Assembly (NCBI GenBank): GCA_902609285.1
Contig: CACLRL010000001.1
Location: 15,636-79,635 of the forward strand
Direction of reading: 5' to 3'
Length of the DNA stretch: 64,000 nucleotides
Source of the DNA: an uncultured Candidatus Actinomarina sp.
Lineage (GTDB): Bacteria; Actinomycetota; Acidimicrobiia; Actinomarinales; Actinomarinaceae
Below, in pieces: positions 61,842-64,000 of this stretch. A program made the translations under genes and the position numbers. Every line of letters begins with the position of its first letter. The first letter of the stretch is position 1. The notes under the pieces are model-generated. The model was not told the origin of the DNA. It was given only the letters and a program-made list of their open reading frames with translations, and made no database searches.

Positions 61842-63197
61842 CTATTTCTTAACTGACTCCAGAGCAACTTTCACTTTTTCAGCTGGGAATTCATAGTCAA
61901 TCATTTCACCACTTAAAAAGTTTTCGTATGCTTTCATATCAAAATGTCCATGGCCACACATAGCAGTTAATACAGCAATTTTTTTTGAATTTTGATCAGC
62001 ATCTTTGACTGCTCTTATCGCAGATGCAATTGCATGAGTTGCTTCCGGGGCTGGAACAATACCTTCAGTTTTAGCAAAAAGCTGACCAGCCTCAAAACAT
62101 TCTTTTTGACCAATTGCTTCTGCTTCTATTAGATTTTCTTCATACATTGCACTTACTAATGGGGCCATACCGTGATATCGCAATCCCCCAGCATGTATTG
62201 GGTCAGGTACAAAACTAGATCCAAGAGTATGCATTTTTACAACAGGTGCCATACCAACCGAATCACCAAAGTCGTATGTATACACACCTTTGGTTAACGA
62301 AGGACAAGCCTCTGGCTCCACCGCACGTATTATTGTCTTTTGATCTGTTTGCATATTATTTCTTAAGAATGGAGAAAACAAACCTGTAAAGTTTGATCCA
62401 CCTCCCGTACAACCAACAATAACATTGGGGTAATCTTCGGCCATTTCCATTTGTTTCAAAGCCTCAAGACCAATTATAGATTGATGCATGAGCACATGAT
62501 TTAAAACACTTCCAAGTGCATACCTCGTACCTTCTTCTTTTCTAGCAACTTCAATTGCTTCTGAAATAGCTATGCCTAAACTTCCAGGCGTATTCGGATC
62601 TTCTGATAAAAACTTTTTACCAATATCTGTTTTATCAGATGGACTTGGATAAACTTTTGCTCCGTAGATCTCCATCATTGTTTTCCTGTATGGTTTTGAT
62701 TCGTAAGATGCTGCTACTTGAAATACCTCAAGTTCAATACCAAACGCTTGGCAAGCAAATGATAAAGCAGATCCCCATTGGCCAGCTCCAGTCTCTGTAA
62801 CCATTTTTTTAATTCCCTCCTCGGCATTAAAAAAAGCTTGTGGAATGGCTGTGTTAGGTTTATGAGATCCTGATGGTGACCCACCCTCATACTTGTAATA
62901 TATTCTCGAGTTTGTACCTATAGCTTTTTCAAGTCTAAGAGCTCTATACATCGGCGAAGGCCTATAAAGTTTATAGAGTTCTAAAACAGGTTCTGGAATA
63001 TCAATATAATTTTGATCAGAAACCTCTTGAAGTATTAATCCCATTGGAAATAATGGGGCTAAATCCTCTGGACCAATTGGCTCCATTGTTTGAGGATTTA
63101 ACTGTGGTGGCAATGGATTTGGTAAATCCGGTACAATGTTATACCACTGCTTTGGTAAATCATCTTCATTTAGTAGATATTTATACTGTTCTTTCAT
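61842..63197 (-). CDS. trpB2: TrpB2-type (TrpB-like) tryptophan synthase beta-family PLP enzyme
   Basis: 451 aa with the N-terminal extension typical of TrpB2 (LPKQWYNIVPDLP). It has the PLP-lysine block GGSPSGSHKPNTA and the SD AAGGAG. Confidence 0.85.
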   Translation of the reverse strand: MKEQYKYLLNEDDLPKQWYNIVPDLPNPLPPQLNPQTMEPIGPEDLAPLFPMGLILQEVSDQNYIDIPEPVLELYKLYRPSPMYRALRLEKAIGTNSRIYYKYEGGSPSGSHKPNTAIPQAFFNAEEGIKKMVTETGAGQWGSALSFACQAFGIELEVFQVAASYESKPYRKTMMEIYGAKVYPSPSDKTDIGKKFLSEDPNTPGSLGIAISEAIEVARKEEGTRYALGSVLNHVLMHQSIIGLEALKQMEMAEDYPNVIVGCTGGGSNFTGLFSPFLRNNMQTDQKTIIRAVEPEACPSLTKGVYTYDFGDSVGMAPVVKMHTLGSSFVPDPIHAGGLRYHGMAPLVSAMYEENLIEAEAIGQKECFEAGQLFAKTEGIVPAPEATHAIASAIRAVKDADQNSKKIAVLTAMCGHGHFDMKAYENFLSGEMIDYEFPAEKVKVALESVKK

Positions 63198-63250
63198 TTT
63201 TGCTCCTTCTTTTGGGTTGAGCCCGGAGATTTAATTTCAGTGACAGTAAT

Positions 63251-63275
63251 AAAAAAACCGGGCTGTGCCCGGTTT
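63251..63275 (-). terminator. intrinsic terminator inside the trpB2 5' leader (attenuator)
   Basis: The minus strand reads AAACCGGG-CACAG-CCCGGTTT followed by further Ts (7 Ts in a row in total). It lies 53 nt upstream of the trpB2 ATG, and no upstream same-strand gene needs a terminator here. Confidence 0.7.
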
Positions 63276-63300
63276 AAGAACTAACTAATGGGGCAGCTAC

Positions 63301-63342
63301 CTATGTAGTTGTCCACCAATTCCAGCTAGTTATATTTTTCAT
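63301..63342 (-). CDS. Trp-rich leader peptide MKNITSWNWWTTT
   Basis: ATG AAA AAT ATA ACT AGC TGG AAT TGG TGG ACA ACT ACA TAG was read directly on the minus strand. It has 3 Trp codons in 13 and sits about 25 nt upstream of the terminator hairpin. Confidence 0.65.
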   Translation of the reverse strand: MKNITSWNWWTTT

Positions 63343-63420
63343 ATTTAATAATGTACCAAATAATCCAGATGTTGCAAAATTCATTTAAGTAAATTCTTTA
63401 TTTATTCTATTCTTTATTAA

Positions 63421-64000
63421 ATGGAAAAGATAATAGTTGCTAAAGATTTGACAAAAATTTATGGAGAAGAAGGAACCTCTGTTACAGCTTTAAATAATGT
63501 AAATCTTGATTTTTATGAGAATAAATTTACGGCAATCATGGGTCAATCTGGGTCAGGAAAATCTACCTTGCTTCATTGTCTTGCTGGTTTGGACAAAGTA
63601 ACTTCTGGGTCGATATTTATTAAAGGTACTGATCTAGGTAATCTTAACGATAAAGAGTTAACAAAAATGAGGAGAGATTCATTTGGTTTTGTTTTCCAGG
63701 CATTCAATTTAATTCCAACATTGACAGCTGAAGAAAATATAACACTCCCATCTTCAATTGCAGGCAAGAAACCAGATGAGGATTGGATTAATCAAATTGT
63801 CAATGCTGTAGATATTGGAGACAGATTAAATCATCGACCTAATGAGCTTTCAGGTGGACAACAACAAAGAGTTGCTGCAGCACGAGCAATGGCAACAAAG
63901 CCTGAAGTAATTTTTGCTGACGAACCATCTGGAAACTTAGATTCAAAATCTAGCAAAGAACTATTGACTTTTATGAAGTCAGTAGTAAATGAATTGAATC
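63421..64000 (+). CDS. ABC transporter ATP-binding protein (MacB/LolD class), 3'-truncated by window edge
   Basis: MEKIIVAKDLTKIYG..., Walker A GQSGSGKST, signature LSGGQQQRVAAARAM and Walker B IFADEPSGNLD. The frame is open to the window end. Confidence 0.85.
   Translation, partial: MEKIIVAKDLTKIYGEEGTSVTALNNVNLDFYENKFTAIMGQSGSGKSTLLHCLAGLDKVTSGSIFIKGTDLGNLNDKELTKMRRDSFGFVFQAFNLIPTLTAEENITLPSSIAGKKPDEDWINQIVNAVDIGDRLNHRPNELSGGQQQRVAAARAMATKPEVIFADEPSGNLDSKSSKELLTFMKSVVNELN

Noticed and set aside
63276-63345. Possible T-box leader upstream of trpB2, because GGAATTGGTGGACAAC vaguely resembles the T-box AAnnnGGGTGGTACC core.
   Set aside because: There is no specifier-loop/AGAGA/GNUGGNA architecture, and the leader is far too short (about 150 nt). 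The segment is better explained as the W-N-W-W codons of a leader peptide.
1-64000. Looked for mobile elements, prophage genes, toxin-antitoxin pairs, restriction-modification, CRISPR-Cas or other known defence modules.
   Set aside because: I recognised no transposase, integrase, recombinase, Cas, nuclease/methylase pair, terminal inverted repeats or tRNA-flanking direct repeats. The tRNAs at 1.1-1.4 kb show no adjacent integrase or duplicated 3' ends.

Overview
This is an AT-rich window (roughly one-third G+C by eye) with very high gene density and no rRNA, CRISPR array, transposase, integrase or recognisable phage or defence module. It covers the chromosomal replication-origin neighbourhood. 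The synteny is typical of Actinobacteria: crgA, stand-alone tRNA-Ala/tRNA-Ile, then DUF3566-gyrA-gyrB-DUF721(DciA-like)-dnaN-dnaA on the minus strand. These genes diverge from rpmH-rnpA-yidD-yidC-jag-rsmG-parA-parB on the plus strand, followed by cwlM-like/trxB, a NUDIX gene and cca. The low G+C, tiny intergenic spacers and many overlapping start/stop codons suggest a streamlined marine or freshwater actinobacterium (inference only).

The remainder is mostly housekeeping and transport:
- metY-metX behind a SAM-type riboswitch.
- A TPP riboswitch in front of an SSS-family (ThiV-like) transporter.
- A cobalamin riboswitch in front of an orphan BtuF-like binding protein.
- Zur with znuACB and a clear operator palindrome.
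- argR with ARG-box-like palindromes.
- mgtE, ndh, a PPi-type PFK next to a DUF2090-type aldolase, base-excision and direct-repair genes (mutY/nth-like, ogt, udg4), and several hydrolases.

The most interesting parts are:
1. A minus-strand operon (23.4-29.2 kb) in which four paralogous acidic 4-Cys lipoproteins flank a MacB-type ABC pump with a peptidoglycan-binding adaptor. One of these lipoproteins has no usable start codon and sits in the -1 frame behind an A_AAG_TAG site.
2. A classical Trp-codon leader peptide plus terminator attenuator in front of trpB2, which is tightly coupled to a rifampicin-phosphotransferase-like ATP-grasp/swivel-His kinase.
3. A cluster of unannotated mini membrane ORFs, including a tandem duplicated pair.
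4. A PAKK-repeat basic tail on the GyrA N-terminus.
5. An 18-nt motif shared by two structured intergenic regions.

All coordinates for RNA elements are approximate. All product calls rest on motif recognition by eye, not on searches.
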